Positions 9,476 to 23,800 of a stretch of 36,038 nt of DNA are shown in pieces. Every line of letters begins with the position of its first letter. Position 1 is the stretch's first letter. The position numbers and the translations under genes are program-made. The stretch lies in the NCBI GenBank assembly GCA_040143965.1, contig JASJQH010000060.1:1-36038 (forward strand), written 5' to 3'. The DNA comes from Basidiobolus ranarum. Lineage: Eukaryota. The notes under the pieces were generated by a model that made no database searches, had not been told where the DNA came from, and saw only the letters and a list, made by a program, of their open reading frames with translations.

Positions 9476-12400
9476 TCAACGGCCTCTACCAAAATCATGA
9501 GAAAATCGACACTTATCTCCATACCGACAACTCCCTTCAGCAAAGAATTTACAAGGGGCGGTTGCTGTTCTGGGATTCGGACCAGGTCCATCCCTACCAG
9601 GGCCCCATCGATTACCGTTACGGTTTGGTGCACCTCTTCCACGTCCGCGCCCACCTCGTCCTCTACCTCTTCCATATTGGTTCTTACCCGGGCCAAATCG
9701 ATACCGATTATCTCCTTCCTCATAACCAGCGTTGTAATCCCATTGCTCACCGTTCTCGAATTCATTATATCCATCATAATCATTGCCATATGACTGGTAT
9801 GCTGGATCATATTCCTCTCGAGAATCCTAAATCAACAAATTTAGTAATATTTCTAATGATTCCCACTAATATATCCATACCTGGGCCTGGGGATAGTCTT
9901 GGTATGGGTCATATCCTTGTTCGTCTCCACTAGGCTCATTACTGCTTTAGAGATTCTTTAGTATAGGTAAAGTACATATATGTTCACTAATAAACCACAA
10001 ACCTGGCATAGTTTGGAGTGGAGAAATCAGGTCCTGGACTGTCTGGATTATACGGAGGATCCTGTCTATTATCCCAACGTTCCTGGTCAGGTTGCTGCGA
10101 CCAGTTTTGGGATTGTGCCGATTCTTTCTGCCAAGAATATGAGCCTGAATCTGACTCAGGATCCCATGGTTGACCGGAAGAAACACTAGACTCAGTGCTT
10201 TGAGGATTGGAAGGAAGAGGTGCCAAGATAGGACCAGTAGCTTGAACTTGGGACAGTAACTGTGACAGTTGAAACGTTTCACTTCCCACATCATAGAGTG
10301 GTATTACCTTTACTTGATGTGATGGATCTCCACGAACATCTTCGTCAGGTTCATTGGGTGTGTCTGGTATGTGACTATCACTGAAATAGAGTGCCGACAA
10401 GACTCCACCTTCACGAGTTTTCTGAACATCGATTTCATTACTGTTTATGCCTCGTTGTGGGACGTCAAATTCAAACAATATGGATTTCGGAGTTTCCCAT
10501 TCCCTTGTTACCGTGATACTTGGTTCCTCCTAAAGATTGGATGTTTAATTATCGATCAGTTACCTGATAATATTGAAAGTAAATAAATGAAACCATACCA
10601 CTTCAGTCTTGAACTCGCGTACTTGCACCAACGCATGATCTGGTGCGAATGAAACTCTTTTCTTCTTGGTTCCAGGTTTTAGTACACTTTCTGTATCTGG
10701 TCTAGAAGAAGGATGAATGTCCGAATCTAAACGTGAGTTTTTGTTTTTCCGGTCATTGTCACGAGAATCTGTATCACTACGCTTGGAGCTAACAACAAAG
10801 GATTAGCTTGGTAAAGATGGTGGATGTATATGTGTGAATCGCTTACTTGTTTCCATCTCTGGACATAATCTTAGGTAATAGTGCATCCAATGGTGAAAAG
10901 GAATTGTTTTTCGGTTTTGAGGGTTGAATACCAAGTTTGGAGGTAGTGTTGGACCGAACTTTGTTAATCTTGGGCAAAGAAGAAGCAGAGAGCTCATTGA
11001 AGAAATCCACGTTTGCAACTGCCATGGCATTTGGAGTAGCACTTTTCTCTGAACGTGCTGGCCCTGTAGGTTTTTGTGATCCCAATGGCTTAGCTTTATT
11101 AGCTACTCCGATGACAGCAGGTTTAGAGCCCAGTGTCTAGAAAAATGGCAGATTATTGATTGTTAATAGTTACAATGGTAAAGAGTGTGTTAAATAAATA
11201 AGAAATACCACTTCAGAATTAGCCGGTTTTTCTGGTCGGACTTTCTTACGTAGATCCTCTCGAGCAGTATCAACATCATTCTTGGATGCATCCGCCTCAG
11301 TTTTGTCATTATTCTCTCTGAAGTAATAATTACTACATGTGTTCTAAATGTACTCATTAAATGAAATTAATATGCTTACCTAGGGCGCTTCTTCAATGCT
11401 GGAGCAGAAGCTTTTTTCGATAAAAGAAATGTTACATGAATTTCTCAAGGGACATAGACATTATCTGGTGAAATTACCCTCTTGTTGAATGAGCTTAGTC
11501 CAACGGTCCATAAGTTCAGTGGCAAGTTTTTTGACATCTAGTAAAACAAAGATTTAGTAAAAATACATCTGTTTACAAAGAATTGAACTCACTACCTTCT
11601 AGTTCCGAATTTTTGAGTGTTTTGATAACTCTACCGAGCATAGTCTCTTTTAGTGTATCGATATCCAACGGTATCTTTTTCAACACCTAAAATAAGAACA
11701 TTATTAAATGTTAGTGTTATATTACTAATTACAAAGTTGAAACTAATCCAACAAACCTCTAGTAATTTGATTAGCAACGGACTGCTTTCTTTCTGCGCCT
11801 GCACTATCCACGTTCGTAGTATCGTGGGTCCCTTCGAATTTGAAAAGCTGAAAATAGGGAATACATGGTTAAATATCATATGTTAATAAACGAGTGGAAT
11901 TCACTTACGATTTCAGAATGCTACGATCCATAGTATTCACTAACACTGTCAAAAGAAGTGAGCGGTTCGTCGATTGCTCTTCAGTACGCATGAGTTTTAC
12001 AAATTTAGGAATATGGTCAACATGACCTAACCCCCAATCTTTGTTAACGCATGGTGTTAGCAAATGCATCAACTCATCCTCGTTTTCCTGTTGAGAAGTA
12101 GATTAGTATTCGAACCAATATCAGATGAAATCAATGGAGCACAAACCTCTTTAGGCCCAGATGCTTCCTCGCCTTCTTTTCCCTGATCATTATCTATGGG
12201 CAGATCATCTATCGAAATAATAAGTTAATAAGACGAACTATTTCAAATGCAATTTGTGGACTAATCTACTGACTTCGAGGAGGTGGAACCACAACCTCAA
12301 TAACGCACTTAGGCCGCACTGTAATCGCCCCAAGCGTTAGTATTGATAAAGTCAATGTAAACAAAACTGCTGTACAAACCTGATTGATTGTCAATATTGA

Positions 12401-15088
12401 TGTTTGGCTGCGGGAGCAATGCTACAACAGAAGAACAATCTATCATTAGATTGAAATAGAAAGTGGCATTTAAAAAAATATAAAGCAATACCTTTTGCCA
12501 CATTCTGATAGTTCTGAAATGACTCGCCTGCTCTAGGATTGATCAGATTTAAATTGGCCCAATTTGGTGGAAAGTTAATGACTGCAGAAGGGGGAATGGT
12601 GGCATATGGATTAAACTGCTGTCTGGCAAAAGGAACAAAAGGCGCGCCATTCCCGGTAGGCTCCAACTTGAGTGCAGGATTGGATTTGATTATTCCCGTC
12701 CCTATATTATTACGAGATGCTTCAGTTATCGTTGCTGTAACAGGAAGTGGCTGTTAGAGTATGATTAAGAGTACTCTATGATCAGAAATAGTTCTTACTA
12801 GGAGCAGCAGAAGGTTTGAATTCAGAAAATCCAAGGAAAGGATCGTCATCATCAAAATCACTCTTCCCATTTTCTATGAAAAATCCCAAATGTGTTTAGT
12901 ATCATCAGAGCTTTATCAAAAAGTGATATGACAACAAATCACTACCTTCTTTCAACTCAAGCTCTGCAATCATCGGGCTCTCCTCAAGTCCCATCTTAGA
13001 CTCGTTGGATAGCACCGAGGGATTGGTTTTTGGCGATACAGTATTCGCAGTAATATTGGAGCTAGACATAGAGTTGTCTGATTGAAGAGCTGTATATTTA
13101 CAAAATGGTTAGGAAAAGTAAAGCAAGAGAATAGTCATTTGCTTCAACGCTTACGAATTATGTCGAAATTCTCGGGTGCGGAGAACATGTTGGCTGTACG
13201 ATGGAATATCAACAGTTAGTTCTAATTATCAAGTATTTAGACAAACATTCATTACCAGAATTACGAATGTTATGTATGCTTGATGTAGGAACCATAGATG
13301 TCCAATCTGAGATTTCATAATTGAGCATTACACATTCAAAGGAAATAGTGGCGATATATGGCAAAGTACCTTGTATTATATTAGATGCGTGTGGATTGCC
13401 TACGTATTCATTGCAACTTAATTAGAGACCAACGATATGTATATATGTCTGGTGATGGTTTACTTACCAGGCGGTAAAGACATACTATATGAAGCTATAC
13501 GATTAAAAAAACAAGAAATACTTTAGTAACTCGGCAACACCAACATTGTCAAGGGTATAGCATACCATTTGGTATTCCCTGGAATGCTGAATTGAATGCT
13601 AAGATATGTTAGTTCATTGAACCATTCAAATCTTGGATGTATCCTTACCATTTACATTCATCGACTCGTGAGAATGGCGCTGAGCTAAATGAGAAGGGGA
13701 ACAATTGAGATACTTGCTCTGTGGCTAAAACCGCGTAAAGTACAAACCTTCCACTATATATGCAAGTGAGATAGAGGTTAATATTGATGGTTAAATGGGA
13801 TTTGCGTTGATTGGAAAATACTAACAAGTTTCGATCCCCGCGAGAAAATCGCACATATGTGCAGGATCTTCTGTATCATTGCCTTTCGGTAAGTCATAGT
13901 CCAGTTCAAATCCATTGGAGAAATTGATGTTCGAAGCTAATTAATAGAAAAGAAAATGGTCGATTTAGCATGTTGATTTTTGATGAACTAAAAGCAGTTC
14001 CCCTTACGTTCGATGGCCGACATACTCTCAGCTTTCACTGGAGCCACTTCCAACATTGACTGCCAATCTGACAATTTCCCAGTCAATCGAAGATACGCGT
14101 CAATTTCAATGAGGAATATACGAAAGACACGAAAAACATAAAGGTTTCTTACCATTATTAGGCTGAGATTCATTGAGAGGTGGAGTAGGCCGACTAAGAG
14201 ACTCGTTAGATCTCATCATTGCTAATGTCGGATCGGTGACTAATAAAAATATCCAACCGCGCGTTAATCAAACTGCTTAATAGTACAAGTGACTGAATCA
14301 ATTGCATGTTGCTATAATAACTCACTGTTCATTGAACTTTCAAAGGCCTTACTGTCAATAGGCGGACTAAAGGAAGACCATTCTAAAAGATTAAAGAACA
14401 CCAGTAATTTAGTACATCGACGTGCTTTTGGAAGTGCTCCATTAACTCATCCCACCAGCGAAAAAGGACTGAGAAGCAGGTAATGCTATTGCCTCTGCAC
14501 ATTAACGGGCTGATTAGCAAACCTTCTATCTTTGCCAGCCATTTCAAGCCGAAAGCTCGAGAAACTCATTGATATATGAAGCATACCTTGGTTTTCAATG
14601 GATTGCGAAGGATTCAGATTACCTCCACCCATTGCAATACTAAGCGGTACTGGCTCTAAAATAGATTAAATTCTTTAGCTTCAACAGCTCACAGATACTA
14701 GATAGACGACGTTATGAAATGTTACCAGGTGTATTGGTTCCACTGTGAGATTCTGTATCGCCTAATACTAACCAATGCGTTAGAAACGACAACGCTCACA
14801 ACCATTAAAAGCAAAAGCACAAACTTACCACCAACGTACTCGGGCTTTCCTTTCATCATGGAGTCCTTTCCCCTACGTCTCGAAAACCAGGTATTGATCT
14901 TAAAATAACGAATGTCAGAACTTGCTTCTTAAATGTACAATGTATGTATAAACAACTCTTACCTGAGCCTCGGTACAGCCGAATGAATTCGCCAGATCAG
15001 TTTTGATTTGCTTGGAGGGATATCCGTATTTTTCTGAAGTGCGGTAGGCAGTTTCCAGCTTCTCTATTTGCGTTTGTGTATAGATCAT
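9476..15088 (-). CDS. PNUTS/PPP1R10/Ref2-like PP1 regulatory subunit, apparently with an N-terminal homeodomain (many short exons; start uncertain, possibly ~15189)
   Basis: C-terminal CCCH finger CKFFAEGSCRYGDKCRFSH before TGA at 9478-9476; RGG tract; PP1-docking SVLKPGTKKKRVSFAPDHALVQVREF (RVSF at 10658-10647); TFIIS-N-like LRTWIVQAQKESSPLLIKLLE...DVKKLATELMDRWTKLI (~11840-11480); homeodomain RGRMIYTQTQIEKLETAY...YPSKQIKTDLANSFGCTEAQ|INTWFSRRRGK (~15100-14865). The PNUTS identity is strong; continuity as one gene is inferred. Confidence 0.78.
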
Positions 15089-15738
15089 TCGACCACGAGC
15101 TCGAGGAGCGTCTGATTTGAGTTATTGTAACGACCGAGAGTTGTTTGGTGTTATAATTACATTGTATGTGTTGATTTTGATTCAATCATTGTGGTTTGTT
15201 TGGTGATTTTATGTGAAAATAAATCTTGGTCAGTATACGTTGCAATGTAAGAAAGGTTGTGAAGTAGAGCAAAAAAGAAAATGATGTGCCTTTTTTCGCC
15301 CATTCATTAATTCAGTTTTTGCGTAATTGTACACATTACTATTCCCCACATAGCTACCTCTCCTCTTTATATGTTTGTCAGTAAATAACGTACTAGCTTG
15401 GGGAGTGCGTGAATGCTTGCCTGGGAAGAAGGCACCGAAAGCGGCACTTCAGCCTTCGACAAAGCATAGCACTTCGTCACCCCTCAATGAAATGACAATA
15501 ATAGTTTGTTTTGTTTTTGAGAAATTCACTTTTGAGTTTGAAGTGGTATACTTAGGTGGGAAAAATTGAAGGAAACAATAATGTAACCAGGAAAACCAAT
15601 AAGAGTATTAAGTGACTTCTCTTGTCTTACTACTATGAAGCGACTAGTCTCATTATTTTCAAATGCTCTTTCTTCTTAAAAATAGACTGTGCTTATTTCT
15701 CTAGTTTACGTGTCACTTGAGCAAACATATTGACCGTA

Positions 15739-16116
15739 TCAACGGTTGGAGAGGCAGCTGCATGCTTTAGAACAGAATGTGTATATGTATATATATATAT
15801 ATATGCAAGTAAGCATAAACGGGTTTCATCCCAGCGACTTACCAGGCTGTTGGAATGCAGAAAGACCACCAGGGTCGAGCGAAGAAGTCGTGATTTCAGA
15901 GAGTGAGGCAGCTATACTATTTGGAGAATATGACATAGCTTGAGCGTTTCCTCCGTTTTCCGGTAGCATAGAAGTTTGCATCGTTATAGGCATAGAAATA
16001 GGATGAAAAGGTGGCAAGTAATTATCAAAGCCAGCTCCTGAAGTAGGAAAGATGGAGTCCAATTCAGGCTGCTGATAAACGTGACCATCACTAAGTTGAT
16101 TATTCCAATTATTCAT
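15739..16116 (-). CDS. Possible small two-exon hypothetical protein (~100 aa, low complexity)
   Basis: MNNWNNQLSDG...SAFQQP, then a GTAAGT donor (~15842), an AT-repeat-containing intron and an AAG acceptor giving ACSCLSNR*. No recognisable domain. Confidence 0.35.
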
Positions 16117-17175
16117 CGAAACGTAACCGATCAACTGAATAAATCAAGGAGTAAAATTTTGTGACAGTGACGAAGAAAGTAACCAGTGTTAAAACTGAGA
16201 GATATCTCTAGACTAAATGTTGCCGATCAAGAAATCTCGGTCAACAGTGCTTGTTTTCAACTGACTAGGTCAACAAAGAAGAAAAACAAACTGCGAAGGT
16301 TTTGAAATAAAGATAGAGTGGAGTTAGTGGCGTTGACAGCCTAGCTAATCTATATGTAAACGACAAAGAAAACAAGGCAAGTGTGAGCAAGAAACTTCAG
16401 GTGTGTCCACTAAATACTTCTCTACGCAGTATATTCAAATTTAAAACATAGTAATCACCAATTCGAGTATTTCTTCAGGATCTTATTTTTTTATTAGTAG
16501 TGAATCTTTTCGTGTGCTCACTATTTTTCTAAATTTTTCACACATTGATGATCCTGTTTCAAGATTGTCACAAATAAAAATATAGAAAATTATGAATGAG
16601 ATATTTCTGTGCCAATGAGATAGCATAAGATCTCAGCTCAAATAGCTGAATTGATTGAATTTATAAGGCTGATTATCGTCACGAACACATGATAGAATTT
16701 GCGCAAGTATTCTTGTCCACTAGGTCAGTTTAGTTCCGAGTCACAATTTATCACCAGCTTTTTGGGGAGTGATTCACCTCTCTAAGCATAGTTTATTAAT
16801 AACCAATTTTCAGCATTTGTGGATTATGAGCTCTGTTGCTAAGCATATTTACTCAAATAACTCACCAGTTAGGCTTAGTTGTGGATCTAACTTGGCATAT
16901 AATCATTTAACTTATCTATTTTCAGTTACGATGGCGCGATTGTCAAATTCCAACAATCTATTCGAGAATGGCTTATCTTAGTTGATGATTGTGCAATGTG
17001 CTAGTCGTATACTCATCCATCCAAAAAATTCTGTAGTTGGATTATTTCCATTTTTCCAACCCGGGCATTTGGATTTTTCAAATAGTCACACTACATAGAC
17101 ATATATATCTACCATTAGTACTCCCGTATTTATTGAACTTGTGGAATCTCTCTTGATCTGTGAGATCTTTGCGAA

Positions 17176-19452
17176 ATGATGACTCCTTTGGATGGTATAC
17201 CTTTTTTCTGTCTTACAGACTCGTATAAGATAACCCATCCCTTTATATATCCCGAGGCCAAAAAAGTAAGCTTTTCTGTATTTTTTTAAATTTGATTTCC
17301 TCTTCATAACCACCATTTTCTGTTACTTAGATGGTAGCTTATGGTGAGTTTAGATCTGGATTCGATGATGATACAAATGATACGCGTATGATTTTTGTTG
17401 GTCTGCGTTATATTATCGAAAACTATGTTTCTAGAAAGTGGACTCTTCAAGAATTGGAGAAAGCAGATAAATTCTTTAGTACACATAACGCTGGTTTTAC
17501 TCCATTTCCATTTCCTAAGGATCTTTTCCAAAAGGTAATGGCTTTGTTTTATGGATTCAACTTAAATGAAGTCTATAATAAATTTTTATTCAGTTTATAC
17601 AAGAGAATGATGGACATTTTCCGGTCAAAATTGAAGCATTGCCTGAAGGCTCTGTTTGCTACAAACGCACGCCCGTATATCAAATAACTGCCGAGAAAGA
17701 ATATTCTAGACTCGTTACTTTCTTGGAAACCATTCTAACGATGGTTTGGGTAGTTATAGTTTATTTAGCTTTTGGTTATTCAAGTCAAGTGACTGACTCC
17801 CGATTTTCTTTCATCACAAATAGTATCCTTCTACAGTGGCCACACTCTCTCGTCGTGTTAAGGATTCGATTGAGAAGTCGTATGAGGAAACAGTAGACGA
17901 AGATTCGTATTGGACTCTTAGCAGGTAATCAATCAGAGACGTAAGGAGTTAGTACTTTATTTTCTTTTATACTAACTCGGTGTATTGTAATGTCAAGTCG
18001 TTTACACGATTTTGGTTTTCGTGCTTGTACTTCAATAGAGCAATCCATCTTAGGAGGAGCTGCTCATTTGGTAAGTCCTTGTTGTTCTCAATAGACACCT
18101 GACCTTCATAGTAACGCGTGCATAGTTAAACTTCGACGGAACAGATACTTTGAGCGCTGCATATTATGCCCAGTTTATGTTGAACGACGGAAACCCTGTT
18201 GGTTCGTCTATTCCTGCTACCGAGCATTCAGTCATGACCTCATTCGAAACAGAGAGGGTATATAAGCACTAGAATCTAATACCTCTGATTTTGACATCCC
18301 AGTTAATTTTGGTTACTATACGTGTTAGGATGCTATGAAGCATATGATTAATACATTTGGTACTGGTGTGTATGCTTGTGTAATGGATTCTTACGATTAT
18401 GCGCATGCATTGGACAAAGTTTTACCTTCTATTGCTCAAGCCAAACTTGAAAAGGGGGGATTCTTAGTTATACGCCCTGATAGTGGTGATCAAATAGAAT
18501 CAGTCATGATGGGGCTAAGGTAAGAAATAATGATATATCTACTTATGACCGAGTTCATGGACTAATACTTCTACTCAACAATCAGAGCTGCCGACAAGGT
18601 ATTCGGAAGTACAATCAACAAGAAAGGATACAAGGTACCTTGCAAATGCTCAATGAACCATTAGAGACAAAGCATCATTTTATACAGAGGGAGTAACCGT
18701 TAAATTTCACTTTATTCAGGTTCTGAAAAACTGTGGTGTTATACAAGGTGATGGCTTGAACCACGATATTATTAAGAAAATTCTTGTCGAGATGAAACAC
18801 GCTGGCTTCTCTGCACAATGTGTTGCATTTGGAATGGGTGGTGGTTTACTCCAAGTAAAGCGTTTACTTTTTCTCTGACCTTACGTTTATTAAGTTCTGA
18901 CCTTTAATTGTGCGCTTATTATATAGAAAGTAAACCGCGATACAATGAGCTTTGCCACCAAGCTATGTCACGTTATATATGTTAATGGTGCTGCCAGGTA
19001 AATATACAATATATCTCATGACTGAAACGACATAACCAATTATCATAATACGAAATTTGAATGTTAGGGATGTCATGAAAGTCCCAAAGACAGATGAATC
19101 CAAAACCAGCCTGCCTGGTGAGTTTGAAGTTCGTTTAAACGAAAAGAAGGTAAGAGAATGCAATTGAATCTTCTAAAAAAAATACGCTAAGAATGCTCTG
19201 TCATTGGATTAGATTCCCATCGTCTATCCTTTGAATGCGGGACCCTCCAACCACCCCAATATACTTCAAGTTGTATATGACAATGGACCTATTCATCCGT
19301 CTCCTTACACAGAGAGTTTCGCAGACATGCGCCAAAGAATTTCAAAAGAATGGAGTTCTCTTCCACCTAATTATGACGTTATTAGTGAGCAACTGAAAGA
19401 GCGCATCGGAGAATTTCTTCAAAGACACAAACAGACTGAACACCAATTATAA
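17176..19452 (+). CDS. NAMPT: Nicotinamide phosphoribosyltransferase-type enzyme (NAMPT/NadV family), more than 10 exons
   Basis: Spliced translation: LTDSYKITH, LETILTMVW|YPSTVATLS, LHDFGFRA, GGAAHL|LNFDGTDT, SIPATEHSVMT, VMDSYD, VIRPDSGD, VIQGDG, FGMGGGLLQ|KVNRDTMSFATK. Confidence 0.9.
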
Positions 19453-19767
19453 GTGATAGTTCAAAAAAAACAAAATACCAACGGAATAAAAAGATATATT
19501 AATTCAAAATCATTTACCAAGATATTACTCAAGTACTAGCTCACGAATCCTGGAACGGAACAATTGCTTGTCGATTAATCGATTAATTCATACCATTGTG
19601 TTGGCGTAATGGCAAAAATGTACAACGGTTGTGTTCCCTAACCTAAGTGGAGTAGTGATTAATTTAGCGCAAATGAGTGAGTATATACCAGAACCGCTTC
19701 GGGAAATTAGGTTCAGTCCTGAACAGTCTTATTCTTCGACACAAATGATATAGATATATGTTCTGCT

Positions 19768-19803
19768 AGAATGGGATGGCAGAACGGGATGGCAGAACGG
19801 GAT
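19768..19803. repeat. 13-bp tandem repeat AGAA[T/C]GGGATGGC, ~2.8 copies
   Basis: Read directly from the sequence. Confidence 0.8.
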
Positions 19804-20808
19804 AGGCTTAAATCAGAAACTCTGATTAGCTTTATTAGTTAGTGGATCGACCCAGAGAAGAAATCCCAAAAAAGCCAACTGGAAAGGGACTTGTAATCAA
19901 TCAATGTTTTGGTAAACTATACGTCAACAAGGACATCGATGCTACATTGAAGCTATTTAAAAATAGATTTCTATAAGCAATCTCGATAGAAACTTCCAGG
20001 AAAATGGCTTAGAATTCCCTACTTCATTTCGTATCAGGAAATCTACATTTGTTGTTTGTATTGTACCGTGATAGCCTTTGACTGTGTTACATAGGCGCAC
20101 ACTTGTGGACTAGAAGTAAAACATAGAGGAAGTTACACGTCGTTTCAATAGTGTTGGTCAATATGCAAGCAGCCGGTGGTGCTACATGATCAAGATAGAC
20201 AGAACTGAGTCCGTGTAAAGGTATATTAGGCAACGTAGATTGCTAATCCATAGATATATGTGAGGATTACACTGTAAATCATAACAAGTACAAATCCAGC
20301 GAGCAGTGGAATTTTCCTCTGGATGTTATTTTTATCTAGCAACGATGTCACTTGATTGGTAGTACATCTATCATATGGAGTTGGAAAACAATGTATGGTA
20401 AATTCGGCTTTCTCGTGATTCGTCCGCTTGCGTATTTCTCAAGAAAAGTGGGTATTTTATTTGAGCTTATAGATCCACACCTTTCGTTCTTCGAGCTGTG
20501 CGTTTACTCTCAGAAACTACTTGTCCACAGTAATTTTATTAATTACTTGTGTGTCCATTGGACGTTACCCTTTTTGCTTCTGGACTACCTATCTACTTTG
20601 CTTATTTCTCTTTGAAATATTTTTGTATATTTAAACATCCTTCTACTCCTCAAAAAGGTAAACTATTTCTCTTATACCTCAGTGTGGCTCCCTTGTTTTC
20701 TTTTTGCTTTGTTTATACTTTCAACTTGTGTCAATACATTTAACGCTGACGCTGATTCATTATCTTCCCAGACCTTCTTGATACTTAACGGTACACCTAG
20801 GTGAAGTC

Positions 20809-23800
20809 ATGTCTCAATACCTTCACAACGCCGAGAACGGCGGGTACCTTCCCGAAGATGTAACACACTTGGACCTGAAGAATCTTACAGAGGACTCTTT
20901 TACTCATTGCATACAAGGCCGTTTTGAGCAAGCTCAACTATATACCAAAATCAACAATTCGGCCTTAATAGCTGTCAACTCATTTGGACCTGAGAAGGAA
21001 AACACTGCTATTTCTCAACAGTATATTGAAGCCTGCTATCGTGATACCAGCGGAAACCCCCATAATTTACCATCACATATATACGAATTGGCGGCGAAAG
21101 TGTACCTTCATCTTCGTCGTACAGGAGTCGATCAGTCAATAATTTTAAGGTATGCTTCATGTTTGTTATCTATGTGTCACAAGGAGATGCTGATCTGATT
21201 TCATATTCCGCATTGTTTATTTAGTGGTGTCACCGGGAGTGGTAAAAGTGAATCATACAAAAAATTATTGAGCCAATTCTGTAATCTGGCTGCTTACGGA
21301 AAAAAAGAAACCAAATTACCCGGACAAATCCAAAATATTCAAGTAGTGTTGGAGGCATTTGGTAACGCGATGACTACCCAAAATCAAAATGCATCCCGCT
21401 ACTGTATGTACCAAGAAATTCAGTACAACGCACGTGGTAGAATCTCTGGAGCCAAGACTCTGACGTTTTCATTGGAAAAGTATCGGGTTACTCACACACC
21501 ACTGCACGAAAGAAATTTCAATTCATTCTACTATCTCCTTGCTGGTTTATCGGCGGATGAGAAGAGTGCTTTGGAGTTGTCAGAGCCAGAAGATTATCAT
21601 TATCTATCCCAAACACAACGCTTCAAAATAGACGGTGTCGATGACGGTGACAAGTTCCGCGAGCTCAGAGCAGCGATGAAGTCATTAGGCATCAAAACCT
21701 CTGTACAAACGAATGTCTTCAGGTTATTGACGGGTATCTTACACTTGGGTAACATCATATTTGAGGATCACTCGGAGCAAGAATGCTCCAACGTGAAGAA
21801 CACCGAGTTGTTGCAATTGGTTGCTGAAATATTTGGTGTCGGTTACACTCCCTTGATGGAGTCGCTGATTTTCAAATCTAAATTGGTAGGGAAGGACGTT
21901 TGCACCGTCTACTTGGACGCCAAAACCGCCGGAAAGCAACGAGACGCTTTGGCAAGAGCGTTGTATTCTCTCTTATTTACCTGGATAGTGGAGGCCATCA
22001 ATACCAAAGTCTGTAATGAATCGCCTACCAATTTCATCGGATTACTAGACCCCATAGGATTCCAAAATATGGAGCACAATAGATACGAGGAGTTCTGCAT
22101 CAACTTCACTAACGAGAAAATTCACAACTTCATTCTGAAGCATATGTTTGATCCTAGCATCGGAATGAATTCTGAACTTGCTGCTGATGGAGTGACTATC
22201 CCCAACATTCTGTACTCCGACAACCAGTCATGTGTTGACATGATCATTGGTAAGGCTAGCTTGATCGAAGTGATTGAGGAGAATGGTATTTCAGAAAGCG
22301 AAGAAGATTCCAAAAACATCAGTTTAATAATTGATCAACGTTTTGGCAAACATTCGTCGTTTCATTCTACCCAGACCCATAATCAATTCGGAATCAAGCA
22401 CTATGCTGGTACTGTCGATTATGACACCGATAACTTTGTCGAAAAGAACAAGGACATTCTTGCTGCGGATTTTGTTTCTCTATTCCGTGGTAGCACACCA
22501 AGCACTAATGCTTTCGTCACTGAGCTATTCAGCAGTGATGCTGTAGAAACCGAGTCTCATCCACGAAGCAAAGATACTATCATTGCTGCTCAACAGCTAA
22601 CCAAGCCTACCAGACAATCAAGCCGACGTCACCCAAAGAAGCCTGATGTCAAAAAGGAGAGCTCCAAGAGTAGCATTCCTGGAGTATTGACCCAATTGGA
22701 CTCTACGTTGAATGACTTATTTGACACAATGAATGAAACTCTTATCTGGAACGTATTCAATATTAGATCGAATCTATCTCAATCGCCTTATGAGTTCGAT
22801 GCCCACTGTGTCCGGAATCAAATCGTTGGATTATCCTTAACCGAGATTGCATGTCGTCTAGTGAATGATTATACCGCTAGTTTGGAATTTTCCGAATTCT
22901 TGGAGCGTTATCAACCAATCATAGAAGCGTTGCGATTGGACAGCAGTAAAGATTCACGTCAACTCGTAATGGCTGTGAAGAATATCAGTGGCTGGAATGA
23001 CAAGGATATGTATGTTGGTGCCCAAGAACGTGTTTTCCTATGCGAGCACGTTTGGAAAGAGTTGGAAGATAGTTTAAGGGCGATGGAGAAGGATGAAAGA
23101 AATGCTCAAAAAGGTAGAGCTTCATCTCTCGGTCATGATGGTGAATCCTTGGTATCCGGGTATAATGGTCATGACAATACATCCATGCCACCCAGAAGTA
23201 TGCCTTATGATACAGGCAGCTACAACAGTGAGGAGGATTACCGCAGCCAAAATATGCCAAGCGGTTACGGTCAATACGCCAGAGAAGATAGCGAATATGG
23301 AAGCGAGTTTGATTTTAGAAATCAACCTGGGAACGAAATAGAGTTGACCAAAGCCAGTAAAGGCGACTCTAAGGGAGCGCCGGTTGTTGAAACTCTTCCA
23401 CTCTCAGCAGTTCGTAGAAGTTGGCTATGTGTTACAAAATTATTTACTTGGTGGATTCCTTCGTTTACTCTTTCTTGGTGCGGCATGAAAAGGCCAGATG
23501 TTCAATTGGCATGGAGAGAGAAAGTCACCCTATGTATTTTCATCCTAATCCTTTGGGGAGTTATTATATTCATCATTGTAGGCCTTGGGCTAATTTTGTG
23601 TCCCCGTGTGCACTACTACAACGCTACAGATGTCGCTTTTCACCAAGGAAAGGGGGATTTGTTTGTCTACATGTATGGCAAAGTTTACGATGTTTCAATT
23701 TTCGCAGATTCAGATCACGGCCGAACCTCCGTTTCAACAGGTGTACCATATAGTGAAATGTCATCAATGATCGTGGAGGTCAATAATGACATTACGCCAT

